Positions 35,362-50,740 of a stretch of 64,000 bases of DNA are shown piece by piece. Source of the stretch: the human T2T-CHM13v2.0 reference genome, Homo sapiens; NCBI RefSeq assembly GCF_009914755.1, contig NC_060942.1. The stretch is one strand, 5' to 3'. Each line of letters starts with the position of its first letter. Position 1 is the stretch's first letter. Under the pieces are notes generated by a model, which saw only the letters and a list, made by a program, of their open reading frames with translations, had not been told where the DNA came from and made no database searches. A program made the translations under genes and the position numbers.

Positions 35362-37004
35362 TTGTAGAAATGTCCCAAATCAGATTTCATTTATTCAATT
35401 TCAGTTGAACACATATAGTCTTCTAATTAAAAAAAAAATCTAGAGCAAGATCATTAGCTTTTTCAAACAATTTCTAGTTCAACTTGCACATGTTTGTATC
35501 TGATTGCCAAGTGCTGAAGTCTGAGTGATCTCACATGTGAAGAAGATGCCTTCTGGAAACCTCATAATCATGTGCCGCGGTAACTAAACAAGCACCCGGT
35601 GTGCTGTCCATTTGTTCTTGCTCGGCAAGTCAAATTAAGGCTGAGGTGCAGTCTCCACATACAGCAGCAGTTATGTCTTTCTCCCATTTTATTGGTGGTT
35701 TTTCATAATAGCGTGCCTGTTTAACTTGATCATCTACCGAGCCATAGGGAAATTGCACATCCCACATCTGCCGATTCCTTAATCTTCTTGAGCCTTTGTT
35801 ATCATCTGTAAAGAGGGGGAGACGATATTTAACAATCGGGTGCCTCGTAGTGTGACTGCGAAGAGCAAATCTGAGATCTCTGTAAGGCACTTACAGTACC
35901 TAGAACATAGTTCTCAGTAAATATCTAATGGGACTCTTGTATCCCATATACTCTGTTGGTGCCGTACAGATTTTGTAGGGGCTGATGTCACCATGTCAGC
36001 AAGGGATTTGAACTTTAGAGAATTGAGTTTTCTCACCAAGTCATGTAGAGCAGGGATCCCTTCTAACGGAAGCCCATCCTCTCCCACTCTGCTCTCTTGC
36101 CTTTTGACACGTGTGACATTTTATCTAAACAAATTTTGTGACCTTCCTGAACAAAACAGGTTGTTTTAGGATGGGCCAGTGTTTCTGGACACCTGTACTG
36201 TTCAACACTTGCACTGTCTAAGAACATACGCTGATATTCATGTCATTTACCCATCCAGCCCCTGTTGGTGGGAAGCTGCTATGTGTGTACAGAATGACTA
36301 AACCAGACTTTTTTATTTGACCCTGTTTGCTACAAACGTAATTGAATAATTGGGGCCTGGCAGATCGGAAGCAATAGGAACAATATATTTCAATCCAGTA
36401 CTCTGTGAGCAGCAGCATTTCACAGAGCCAGAAATAATTTAGCCTGTAGAGCTTATTAAGAAGTGCAATGTTCGTTATGCGTAACTTCAGTTCTGTTAGA
36501 GCCAAGAAAATAAAAGTCAAGGCTGAAATATAAGGAAATGAATAAGATACATGGAGGCTGGTGAGATCTGGAATAAAAAAAATATTTACATAGGAGTTCA
36601 GCTTTGATTTTATATTGTCACAAATTGGTACCAGATGCCTGCATTTCAGACAGACTCCTGAGCTGATCCCAGAGTGTGAGTTGGGAAACAAATCACTTTG
36701 CCATTTGGAAGGCTGATTGATATTTTAGGAGTTTCTTTTTGTTTTCAAAGGGAAAATAATGCATATTACAGACCTAGCAAACAGAACTTTTGTAAATGGC
36801 AATTAACAGAAGATGCCCAAGGGAGGAAGTCTCCAGTTTCTTTTTATAACCCTGGCAAAAGTAATGGAGGTGACATTTTATTAGCATTGGCATCTCCCGC
36901 TTACAATGGGAGCTAGTTCAGCCTTGTTGAGCCGTGTCCAGAGCTGGTAGCTTCATTTCCATTTTCCTTCAACCTCAGGGAGAAACACAAGGGTATTTCT
37001 GTCT

Positions 37005-37187
37005 GGGGCGGCAGGACCTCATGTGGTCTCCACGTGGCAGGATCCTAGAATCACGGGGTGGCAGTACATATTTTCCCCTATGGCTTTAAGAAAATGGCTT
37101 TTCATTTTGAGTCTTAGGTTTGGTCTCAACAGTGCTTGCTTAGCCTCCAGGCCATTTTTCTTCCTGGTGTTTGAATGACTCATAAAA
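37005..37187 (+). promoter_or_regulatory. Putative internal (non-CpG-island) promoter
   Basis: GC box GGGGCGG at 37005-37011, E-box CACGTG at 37031-37036, and AP-1 TGACTCA at 37176-37182 overlapping TATA-like CATAAAA at 37181-37187, all just upstream of the alternative exon. Confidence 0.5.
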
Positions 37188-37227
37188 TGAGTTTGGAGTG
37201 GTCTGAAGCCTCTGCCTCCTTCCTTGA

Positions 37228-37277
37228 ATGCTTTCTAAGAGGGGCTGCCATGCAAGAATATATGCTGATTTTCCCAT
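37228..37277 (+). CDS. CABLES1: CABLES1 alternative first coding exon (MLSKRGCHARIYADFP+, short isoform)
   Basis: ATG 37228 to a perfect donor AT|GTAAGT (37278-37283) spans 50 nt, phase 2, the same phase as the main exon-1 donor. The peptide matches my recollection of the short CABLES1 isoform N-terminus. Promoter-like motifs lie upstream. Confidence 0.8.
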
Positions 37278-37847
37278 GTAAGTTGTCAGAGGATCGCCTG
37301 GGTGACCCAGAGAGCTGAGTCTGTTTTTTTGGCTCCCCCCTTTGGATGCTGACGGTCTTTGTTGGAAATTGATCTCTGAGGCTCAGCCTGGAAAAGCGGG
37401 ATGTCAGTCCTGATGTGGGCCAGCAGCGGGGGCTGGAGGGTGGTGTGAATGGCATGAGGTCATCTGGAACAGAGGGGGGGCTCCATGGAGGGTCCTCCAG
37501 CCCCCAAGACCAGCCTTGGTATTTCCTACAGGGGCTGGGCCATAGGCTCTCACATGGATAAGAAGGAACCTCGGAAGCCCTGGGAGGTGAGCCTGCCGTG
37601 TGCTTCTGAGCTCCATAGACCTTGGATGGAGGGACGAGAGCCCTTGTCTCTGTTCTCTGGGTTGATGCTGGCCAAAGGCTGCTTGGCTGTGAAAGGGAGG
37701 GAGACCTGGAGGCCCAGCGGGCACCAAGATTGTGTGTTTCCTGTTTCGCTTCAGGACCCTGGACGTCAGTGCCTGTGCTTTGTCCTCCTATAGTAGCTGC
37801 CTCTACTCGGAGGGAGTGAATTTTCATTATACAACTTTTAGCTAATA

Positions 37848-38641
37848 TAGTCAAATCTCATTACCCCCAGTAGTTTGTTTTATAAAGTTGCTGCAAGCAC
37901 TGAATTAGGAAATACTGATCCATTGCTCCGGAGGCAAATACATGGGTAGCTATGTTCCTGTGAGCCTCTGGTCACACGTTTCCGTCATCTGATCAATGTA
38001 TACCTTGTCCTAGGTGCATTTCCATTTAAAGACACCTAATTTAATATATATTATTGACTCTTCATTGACAGCGGCATTGTAACACATTCCTGAATAAGGC
38101 TTCTTGAACATGTTTTTTCTCTGTAAGGCACACTGCAGCCTGCTTCTGCTTAGGAATGCTAGACAGCACTTCAGCACTGTGCTTGGGACCCTTTTAAACA
38201 GTGAAATCACCAGCAAAAAGCACAAAAATGCAAAAAATATGGCACTAAAAATGCTAAGAAAAAGACAAGAATGAGCTGAGAGAAGGCATGTAGCCTTGGT
38301 CACCTCAACTAGGAATCTGTGTGTTGGGTGACTCAAATTTTTTGCCACTTTGTACACACTCATGTCAGCGAAATAACCATGAAAGTGCCATGAGTGTCCA
38401 TTTTGGGGTTACAAATAAATTTTAGCAAGTAGGACTGGACTCGGTGGCTCACACCTGTAATCCCAGCACTCTGGGAGGCCAAGGCAGGAGGATCACTTGA
38501 GCGTGGGAGTTGGAGACCAGCCTGGGCAGTATGGCTTAACCCCATCTCTGTTTTATTTAGAAATACATATATATGTTAAAAATAATTTAGCAGGTCGGCA
38601 AGTCTGCAAATATAGAACCTGGGGATAATGAGGATCAGCTG
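37848..38641 (-). mobile_element. Tigger-type DNA transposon (MER82-like) with an inserted Alu left arm (~38432-38560)
   Basis: Degenerate TIRs (tagtcaaatctcattacccccag / ctggggataatgaggatcagctg) flanked by TA on both sides. Confidence 0.75.
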
Positions 38642-39042
38642 TACTTTATCCAGGTAGTAAAGGCGGGGGGGCGGTGGCTTCTCTAGATTGAGGGGTCCTG
38701 GAAAGAATCTGCTTTCTCTTTTACAAAGGCCTGCCTCAGCCCATCTCACTTATTCCTCATACCCTTGAGGTGGGAAGGGCTGGCTTTCTGTCCTCTTCCC
38801 TGTTGATCAGGAAGCCAAGAATCAGAGAGCCAGTGTGACCCAGGCATATGGCAGAAGGAAAGTGGAATATTTCAGGCTCTGAAGGCCTCTTCCTTCTCAC
38901 CAGGCTGTGCTGGCAAGATAGGAAGAGTGCCTTAAATGATGGAATTTAAATGCTGACATCATATTTTAATACCATTTAAAAAGAAATATTATTATCTCTT
39001 CTTAATTTCTATATGATTTAATTAGATGAAAATCAGCATAGT

Positions 39043-39747
<705 letters not shown>

Positions 39748-40287
39748 TCATTTAGTGTGATCAGTACTTGGGAAATGCATGTTGAGGCCATCAGTGATGA
39801 CCCCAAATAAATTAGGAAAATATATAGTACGGTTGTCATTGCATCGTACACAGCCAGTAAGGGATTTTGTAATTTTCCAGTTCTTTTCATCTGTTTAGGT
39901 TACATAGTTTGGGCCTGGAAAGTGTTTTGGAGCTTTATTTATCCAGTTTAACTGTCAGCAGTGAGCAGATTAAACAGACCTTTGTCAGAGTCTGTGTCAT
40001 TTTTGATGAGTAGACCGCTAAGCCAATGAACAGATATTTGTGGGCACCTATTGGGTTGAATAGTCCCTGCCTCGAACGTGTGAGGATTTAAGGAACAGAA
40101 AATGAGATGTAAAGAGATGCCGCAAAGCAGCGTAATTGGGTGAAGAGCAAATGATCATGCCACCCCTGTAGCACTATCTCAACAGCCACTAAAGTGTATT
40201 TAAAACTGCCCATTTCCCTTCCTTTCCTTCTGCTACCTAGCATCTGGTAGAGATGCTAGCAAACGTCATGTGCCCCACTGGGTTGGT

Positions 40288-40586
40288 GTTTGTTTGCTTG
40301 TTTTTGAGACAGGGTATCGTTCAGTTGCCCAGGCTTGAGTGCAGGGCGCGATCTCGGCTCACTGTAACCGCCACCTCTTGAGTTCAAGCGATTCTCCTGC
40401 CTCAGGCTCCTGAGTAGCTGGGATTACAGGGGCACACCACCACGCCCGGTTAATTTTGTATTTCTAGTAGAGAAAGGGTTTCGCCATGTTGGCCAGGCTG
40501 CTCTCGAACTCCTGGCCTCAAGTAATCCACCCGCCTTGGCCTCCCAAAGTTTTGGGATTACAGGCGTGAGCCACTGCACCCGGCCT
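40288..40586 (-). mobile_element. AluS
   Basis: Antisense dimer. Confidence 0.92.
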
Positions 40587-41322
40587 GGTCAGGGTCTTAG
40601 AATCTTCTAGGCTGGGAGTGGGAGGTGGAGCGGTTGTTCTGTTACTTTCTTACAAAAAAATTGCAGCCCAGAGTTCCTATGAGTATTTGCCCTGTTGTCT
40701 TCATATTAAGCTTTGCTTCGCCTAAGCTGCTTGCACTGATAATGTAAGCTTGCTGAAGTGCTGTTGTTAGAAAACTCCTGTTTTCTTGAGAGAGAAAGGC
40801 ACCTTTCCTATAAACAAGTGTTTTGTGACATGTTTTAAGTGGACCTTTTACCCTAGATGGTGTTTTCTACCATATAAACTTTTTGTCAGTGAACAAGTGA
40901 TTCTTTCTTCTGTGTCTGTGTTGATTCTGCCCGAGGCGACGGGACGAGATACACTGCTAAATAGATTCCAGTCAGATGATCCCAACCGTGTGAGCTTATA
41001 AAAGACAGCTGTTAAAGTTTAAAATTAATAATTAACACACACGCACAGACAAAAGTTGTTGCTCCTAGCAAGATTAAAATTAGTCTGCTGTTGCAGAAGC
41101 TCTTTATATCTTCCTCAAAAGAATTTTATTGTTGTGTATTTTTTCCCATTTCATCTAAAGATAAAAATTTAGGTAGAGAAAATGATAAATTGATTTTCTT
41201 TCTTTTTTTTTTTTTAAACTTGTTGGCAAGTTACACCGTTAAGGTGGTAGGGCTCTTGTCTCTCCGAAGAATCATAAGTAACACTTGTCTATGGCTACTT
41301 TGAAATTACCTAAATAAGATAA

Positions 41323-41649
<327 letters not shown>

Positions 41650-42044
41650 GTGTTGGTTTTCAAATAGCTATTTTGGTAGGTGATGGATTAGTAGAGTCTT
41701 GAATTTAGCAATGGAAAACACATAGGCAGTTTGTCTTCTGCAAGGCTCTGCCCTGCAGGTGCAGTGCCGGGCACATGGTATACAGAGGGTAGACCCTGTG
41801 TGCAGCGCCTGCCTCACGGCCCGCCTATTAGTCCAGGGTCCCTTCCTGAAGGGACCTTGAGCATGTCTGTTGTTTGAGGTTATTACAGCAGAAAGCCTGG
41901 CCTGGTGGGAGGTGATCGTGGTCATTCTCCCCTAAACTGTTCCCTGATGTACTTTGCAGGAGTCCACATGTTCTGGTCTTTATTGTGAGACTCCCCTGTG
42001 TGGGAGGGGTTTTTAAATAAAAACTGGCCTACAGACTGTGATCA

Positions 42045-43505
<1,461 letters not shown>

Positions 43506-43764
43506 AAGAGAATCATGCTTTACAGGTGTTTATGAATTGTTTCTTTTTCACATAAGGCATAAAGGCCTACAATTTTAAAGTACCAAGAAAACTTCAAGAA
43601 ATTGTTCGTAAGAAAGTTTTTCTAGTATAGAATAAAATGCTGTGTTCTCTTTAACCAAGACATTCATTATTAGCTTAGACAGCCAGTTGCTTGATGTCCT
43701 GATATCCTTTTATAAACCTAGGCAGCTGAAGGGAGGCATAAATCTGACAGTACCTGACCGTGTT

Positions 43765-45000
43765 TTTCATTCAGTTCATTCTTTCGGGAGATGTTTATCA
43801 AGCATACACCATGTGCAAGGGGGTGAGTATAGAGGGTTGAACCAAATATCCTTGGTTTTCACCTTAAGGGAACTTACAGTCCTTGTAGGTGACAAACAAA
43901 AATATGGGTAAAGTTGGGTTAAGTGCCGTGGAAGAAAAGAACGTGTATTTCAAAAGAACAACAGAGGAGGAGAGAACAAGCAGGTGAAGTCAAGGAAGGC
44001 TTCTTGGAGGTGGTGTCTTAGGCTGCCAGAGGAGAAGCCACCAGCACCTGAGAAGTGGGTAGGAAGGAGTTCCAGGTAGAGGTAACTGCGACGTGTTCCA
44101 AGGCCATGTGGTGTAAGAGTCCCTTTGGGGAGGAAGCCAGTGTGGCCGAGGAGTATAAGCAGCGGGAAGAGGGAAGCAAAGCTGTTCATGTCCTGTGGAC
44201 TTCATCCAAGGGTTTGTATTTCGTAGTTCAATGAGAAGATAGTGGGTTTGAGGGACAGAGCAACAAGTTAGAGTTAGCTCACTCTGGCTGCTCAGGAGAC
44301 CAGGCAGGAGAGACGATGGCAGCTTGGGCTGGTGGGCAGGTATGTGAAGGATTAAGGTGTATTTCAGAAATAGACAACAGTCCTTGGTGATGGACTGAAG
44401 GTGGCTGTGTTGTGGGGTGCAGGGTGGTGCTAAAAGGACTCCTGGGTTTGTGACTTGGCTTCTTGGAGATCACTGGTACCATGGAGATGGGGCAGTTTGA
44501 AGGGGGCTGGCTTAATATGGAGGAGGAGGAGGAAGAAGAAGAGGTTGAGTTTGGCAGTGAAGTTTGAGCTGCCTGTGAGGATGCCACGTGGAGATTTAAG
44601 GAAGGCACTTGGCTATGTGGGATCCTGGAGCTTCAGAGCAAGGCGGATTGGAAAAACAGGTTTAGGCATCATCAGTATGTAGATGATGTTCAAAGCCAAA
44701 GGTGAGGAGGAAATCACCCAGGGAGCGGGGACAGAGAGATGAGAAAAGTCCAACCTGGAGGGTCTTCCGTATCGAGAGGTTGAGTAGAAGAGCACCTAGC
44801 AACAAAACCAGGACAGGGTAGCCTGGATGTGGGAGGAGAAGCAGGCACAGGGTGCTGTCAGGGAAGCCTGGGGGGCTGAGAGAAAGGATGGAAGAGGGGC
44901 TGGGGAGAGGATTGGAGGAGAGAGAAGAAAGGATGAGTAGCATTTTGGGAGCATGGACAGAGAGTGGATACAGAAATATAGCAGGCTGGCAGGCACTGAG
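43765..45000 (-). mobile_element. L2 remnant
   Basis: ttcattcagttcattc...atgtttatcaagcatacaccatgtgc L2 end followed by a purine-rich body. Confidence 0.7.
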
Positions 45001-46019
45001 GAGTGGCCATCTTTAACTGGTGAGCATGGATTTATAGTGACATGAAACTACTTGACTCTGTGGTCATTTAACACCAGGAAGAGGTTTATGGTTATTTAGT
45101 GGAGGGAGTTCCTTGAGGCTGGAACCTTCCTTCCCCGCATGGAGGAGCGTGGCTCTCCCAAATAGCTTTTGCTGTGTAAATGTTTTTGTTCATTAGTATT
45201 TTAAAAGTAAGAGTTTAAAAAATATTAACATATATAATCTGTATAATAGCCTATAAGGTAGGCCCTGTTATCCCCATTCTACTGATGGGCAAACTGAGGC
45301 ACAGACAGGTTATCGAGCTTATCAAAAATCCCAGCACTGAGAACTTATGTGGGTTCCAGGATCAGGTTCCTAACTACTGTGCCATGCTGTGCTTAGGACT
45401 CTGTGGCCACAGTGGTGATCTTTCATCACACCCCTTTGTAAAGAAGTATAATTGTTTCAGAAACTTAATGCAGTTCAAAATATCACTTTCCCCTGAAGTA
45501 TCTAAAGGCTCTTTTATTATGTAGCATCCAGAGACAGCATCAGTGATTAATTTCACTTTGCAAGTTAGGATTCACCTAGCTCTCCGTAGCCTACAGAGTG
45601 TTGTCATCCGGAGCAAGTGTGTTAATCTTGGTTGGTCCCTCCTCGGGTCGACGTGGGCCAGTGCCCATCATCACAAGGCCCGCAGCCTGACCCTGATGGT
45701 GTCCTCCCAGGGCCCCGCCATCAGCCCCCAGTGTAGGGCCACGTATAGGCACACCAGCCAGTGTGTTCCTTGGTATTTTTTTTTTAAGTGTCTGGGCCCA
45801 TGTTATCAGTTACACAGGTGGAAATGCAATTCTTTTCCTATGTTAAGTGTAACCAAAGACCACACTCCCACTGAAAGACAGGCATGATGTGATGTCAGGA
45901 AAAGGGATTTCTGTGTGCCAGATATTGCTCCATGCATCTGCAAATCAAATTGAGCAGAGAGTACAGACCACCACACTAAAGCTTTTTTTTTTTTTGCAGG
46001 ATAATTTTTTTTAATTTTA

Positions 46020-47150
46020 AAAATTTTTGATGAAACATATCAAAGCTTATCTTTGATATGTTGTGATAAAACATATAAAAATTTATCTCTTAACTATTCT
46101 TTTTTTGTTTGCTTGAGACAAAGTCTCGCTTTGTCTCCCAGGCTGAAGTGCAGTGGCATGATCTTGGCTCACTGCAACCTCTGCCTCCTGGGTTCCAGTG
46201 ATTCTCCTGCCTCAGCCTCCTGAGTAGCTGGGATTACAGGCTCATACCACCATGCCCAGCTAACTTTTTGTAGTTTTAGTAGAGACAGGGTTTTACCATG
46301 CTGGCCAGGCTGGTCTCGAACTCCTGAACTCAGGTGATCTGCCCACCTCAGCCTCCCAAAGTGCTGAGATTACAGGCATGAGCCACCATGTCCGGCCTTA
46401 ACTATTCTTTTAACCATTTTTTTCTCTTCTTTTTTAGAGACAGGGTCTTACTGTGCCTCCTGGGCTAGAGTGCAGTGGTGCGTGATCATAGCTCATTGCA
46501 GCTTCAAACTCCTGGACTCCAGCAATCCTCCCAAGTAGCTAGGACTGCAAGTGCATGCCACCACACCCAGCTAATTTTTTAATTTTAATTTTTTATTTTT
46601 TTATAGAGACAGGGGTCTCACTATGTTGCTTAGGCTGGTCTCAAGCTCCTGGCCTCAAGCAGTTCTCCCATCTTGGCCTCTGAAAGCACTGAGATTACAA
46701 GGTGTGAGCCACTGTGACTGGCCCTTTTAACCATTTTAAGTGTACAGTTCATAGTGTTGAATACATTCACATTGTTCTGCATCCACTCTCCGGAACCCTT
46801 TTCATCTTGCAAAACTGAAACTCTGTGCGGGTTAAATAGCCCCCTGTTCCTCCTGCCCCCCCAGTCCCTGGCAACCACCATTCTGCTTTCTATTGCTATG
46901 AATTTGACTACTGGAGGTACCTCATCTAAGTGGAATCACAGAGTTTGTCCTTTTGTAACTGGCTTATTTCACTTAGCATAATGTCCTTCATATGGTAGCA
47001 CACATCTGAATGTCCTTTCTAAGGCTGAATATTATCCCATTATCTGTATATGCAAAACTTTGCTTATTCGTTCATTCTTCGATGGACACTTGGTTGCTTC
47101 CACTTTTCAGCTCTTGTGAATGATGCCGCTATGAGCATAGATGCACAGTG
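46020..47150 (-). mobile_element. L1M 3' fragment with two antisense Alus (46100-46397, 46420-46723)
   Basis: ccctggcaaccaccattctgctttc and gatggacacttggttgcttccac motifs. Confidence 0.8.
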
Positions 47151-47528
47151 TGCTAAAACTCGTCCTCTCCTCCCCCATCTATCAGAAAGCGATCTCTCAT
47201 GTAGGGGTGAGTTACAAAGGGAAAGGGATGGCTGACTTGAATGCAGTGATTCCTTCATCAAACATGATGCCTGGACACTCCCATTTCAAGGGAAATGAGT
47301 GATCTTCTGTGCGCAGAAAAGCAGCAGTTCTAGCAGGGTGTGGGTGTGCAGGCAAGGACCAAGAAGTTACTAAATCGCAAGTAGTCATCTTATTAATCTT
47401 TTATTGTTTCATGGCCTTCTACCTATTATGTTCAATGATGTTGTCAACTGTTTCTTTAATACTAACCAGAATACCATAACAGTATACATATATATGTATT
47501 TATATCTCTATGTATAATATGAATGCAA

Positions 47529-47894
<366 letters not shown>

Positions 47895-49464
47895 TTAGGA
47901 AAAATAACAGAGAAATTCAAATTACGCATAAACCTATCACCCAGAGATGACCAGTTAATGTTTTAGTGTAGGACACGCACACACAGGTGGGTTAGGTTCT
48001 GTCAGTTATAATTTTTTGTGCCGTATATATACGTATTTAGTGTTCTTAAAATTAGAGATCAAACAGCATGTACTATGTTATCAGTGTCCTTTCTTCACTA
48101 ACTCATACATTGTGAGCATCCTCCCTTGTCGTCAGACCCCATTCAGCAGGTGGCCATGAGTGCAGAGTGCTCCATTCATAAGAGCAGACAGAATTCCCAG
48201 GGTGGCTCCTCATCAGAAGTTGGGGTGTCTTGCAGTTTCTGTGATGCGCGTGATTTCTCTGCTGAAGGTTGTAACAGAGGAGGAAGGGTGGCATTTCCCC
48301 CGTTTTATAGCAAAACAAGCAAGGAGTGGAAGCCAGCTCTGAACAACTTAACCAGGATGAGGGGAAGCTGGAAATAGCAACCGGATCACTCACTCACTGC
48401 CTTGTGCTTCATTCACTTGATAAAACTAATCTCAAGATCATCATCAGCGGAAATTATTTCCCCTAATCTCCTGGGAGTGTGCTTTAATATTTTTATGTTT
48501 GCTTAATGGTTATTTCAATTCTGCATCTTTTTTTATTAAATTTAAAAAAAAAATGAAAACTTTCCAGGCTGCTTTGGGAGACTTCCTGGATTTTTCCTCA
48601 TGTGGCTGGAGGAACTCGGCCCCTCACGCTCTTCACCTCCCCCAGTGGAGAATGATCAGGCTCCCTAGGGTCCAGCTACAGGCCAGTTTTTTCAAAAGCT
48701 GTTTGGAAATTCAAGGTCTGTTTCACCACATGCCTCTTTTTGCAGTTTCATTAGCTCATTCAAAATATACTGTAAAAGGCTAACAAGATGTCATCCATAT
48801 GGAAATCATATTAGTTAGATTCTGTTGCTTCTAATTTCTGTGGTGTTGATTAGGTGCTAATTATTTTGGGGGATTGGGGGGAGTACCTTGTGCTTTGGTT
48901 TGTTCAGACATTCAGCAGCATTTACTGTGCACCTAATATGAGTTACAGCCCTGGACCTAGGGAGCTCTAAATCAAGAGGGAGAGCCAGACAAGAAAATCC
49001 ACCTGACAGTACCAGGCTGCAACAGAGTGAAGCCCGGGAGGCCATGGGAGCAAGGAGGGGTCTGTGAGCAGGGAGGGGTGGGTGGGAAGCGGTGGTTCCA
49101 AGCCAGGCTTGCTGCAGGTCGTTGGGGGCCTCGGCAGGTAGCTCTGCCTCATTGGAGGGAAGGGGCAGATGTTTGGGGGAGGGGCCCTAGATTGGCATGG
49201 AAGGAGACAGGGCATGCAGGCGCTCGCGCCCTTCAGTTCATGCACACGCTTAAATGCAGCAGTCAGGTTGCTGTAACTCCATGGAGCTGAGCTGACGGCT
49301 CTCAAGGTGATGCCAGCAGCTGTGTGGGCAGGACTGGTGGGAACTCCCGGGACTGACCCTACTCCTTTCATGCTGGAGGCCCCTCAGGGCGATCTGAGGG
49401 CAACTCCAACCCCAGGGCAGCTGATGGGGTGGACACTAGTTTGCCCTTTCAGAGTAGGGAAAAA

Positions 49465-49975
49465 GCAGGTGTGGAATTTGCACACCCATGTTCATGGCAA
49501 CCTTAGTCACAATAGCCAAAAGGTGGGAGCAGTCTAAAGTATTCACTGAGGAATGAATGGATACACGAAAATGACGTATACACCCTTAACGGAGTATGAT
49601 TTAGCCTTAAAAAGGAAAGAAATTCTGACACATGCAGCAACGCAGATGAACCTTGGAAACCTGCTGAGTGAAACAAGCCAGTAACAGGACAAACAGTGTG
49701 TGCCTCCACTTCTGTGAGTGGAATCTGCTCGAATAGTCAAATTCATAGAGACAGAAAGTAGAATAATGGCTGCTGGGGGTGAGGGCAGGGGAAAATGGGG
49801 AGTATTCTTCACTAGGTGCAGAGTTTCAGCCTGGGATGATGAAGTCGTCTGGAGGTGGATAATGGTGATGGCTGTCCAACAATGTAAATGCAGTCAATGC
49901 CACTAAGTTGTATACTCTTAAAATGGTAGATTTATGCTATGTATCTTTTACCATTTTAATAAAAAACAAAAACAG
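49465..49975 (+). mobile_element. L1M (L1MB-like) 3' end
   Basis: cacaatagccaaaagg, atttagccttaaaaaggaaagaaattctgacacatgc and aaattcatagagacagaaagtagaat motifs; AATAAA at 49958 then an A-rich tail. Confidence 0.85.
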
Positions 49976-50192
49976 GGCATGGAGCAAAGCTGCGTCCCAG
50001 GCTAGGGTGGACGTGGAGCCTGGCAGAAGGGTCCTGCGGCCATTCCACTTCCTTCCCTCCGGAGCTACTCAGGCCTGTTAAGCTCCTCGCTCCGTGTCCC
50101 TGCTGATGAGGCCCTGGGTGCTGGAGAAGAGCAATCAGACCTGTGTGAGTGCCCATTTGTACTAATAGGGAACCTTGCAGAATTCTTCTAAG

Positions 50193-50740
50193 TGTCAGAG
50201 GCATTTGAGCCAGAGCAGCTCCTTCTTAAATAGGAGCTGGGTAAAATGAGGCTGAGACCTACTGGGCTGCATTCCCAGATGGTTAAGGCATTCTAAATCA
50301 CAGGACGAGGTAGGAGGTCAGCACAAGACACAGGTCAGAAAGACCTTGCTGATAAAACAGGTTACAGTAAAAAAGTCGGCTAAATCCCACCAAAACCAAA
50401 ATGGCCACTAGAGTGACCTCTGGTCATCCTCACTGCGACACTCCCACCAGCGCCATGACAGTTTACAGATGCCGTGGCAACGTCAGGAAGTTACCCTATA
50501 TGGTCTAAAAGGGGAGGCATGAATAATCCACCCCTTGTTTAGCATATCATCAAGAAATAACCATAAAAATGGGCAACCAGCAGCCCTCAGGGCTGCTCTG
50601 TGTAGGGAGTAGTCATTCTTTTGTTTCTTTACTTTCTTAATAAACTTGTTTTCACTTTCTGGAATCACCCCGAATTCTTTCTTGCACGAGATCCAAGAAC
50701 CCTCTGTTGGGGTCTGGATCAGGACTCTTTTCCAGTAATG
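50193..50740 (+). mobile_element. MER41A-like solo LTR (ERV1)
   Basis: Starts TGTCAGAGGC and follows the recalled MER41A consensus throughout; AATAAA at 50639; 4-bp TSD TAAG at 50189-50192 and 50741-50744. Confidence 0.88.

Noticed and set aside
37180-37854. 224-aa minus-strand ORF over the internal promoter
   Set aside because: Non-ATG start inside a transposon end, Ser/Pro-rich composition, no recognisable homology.
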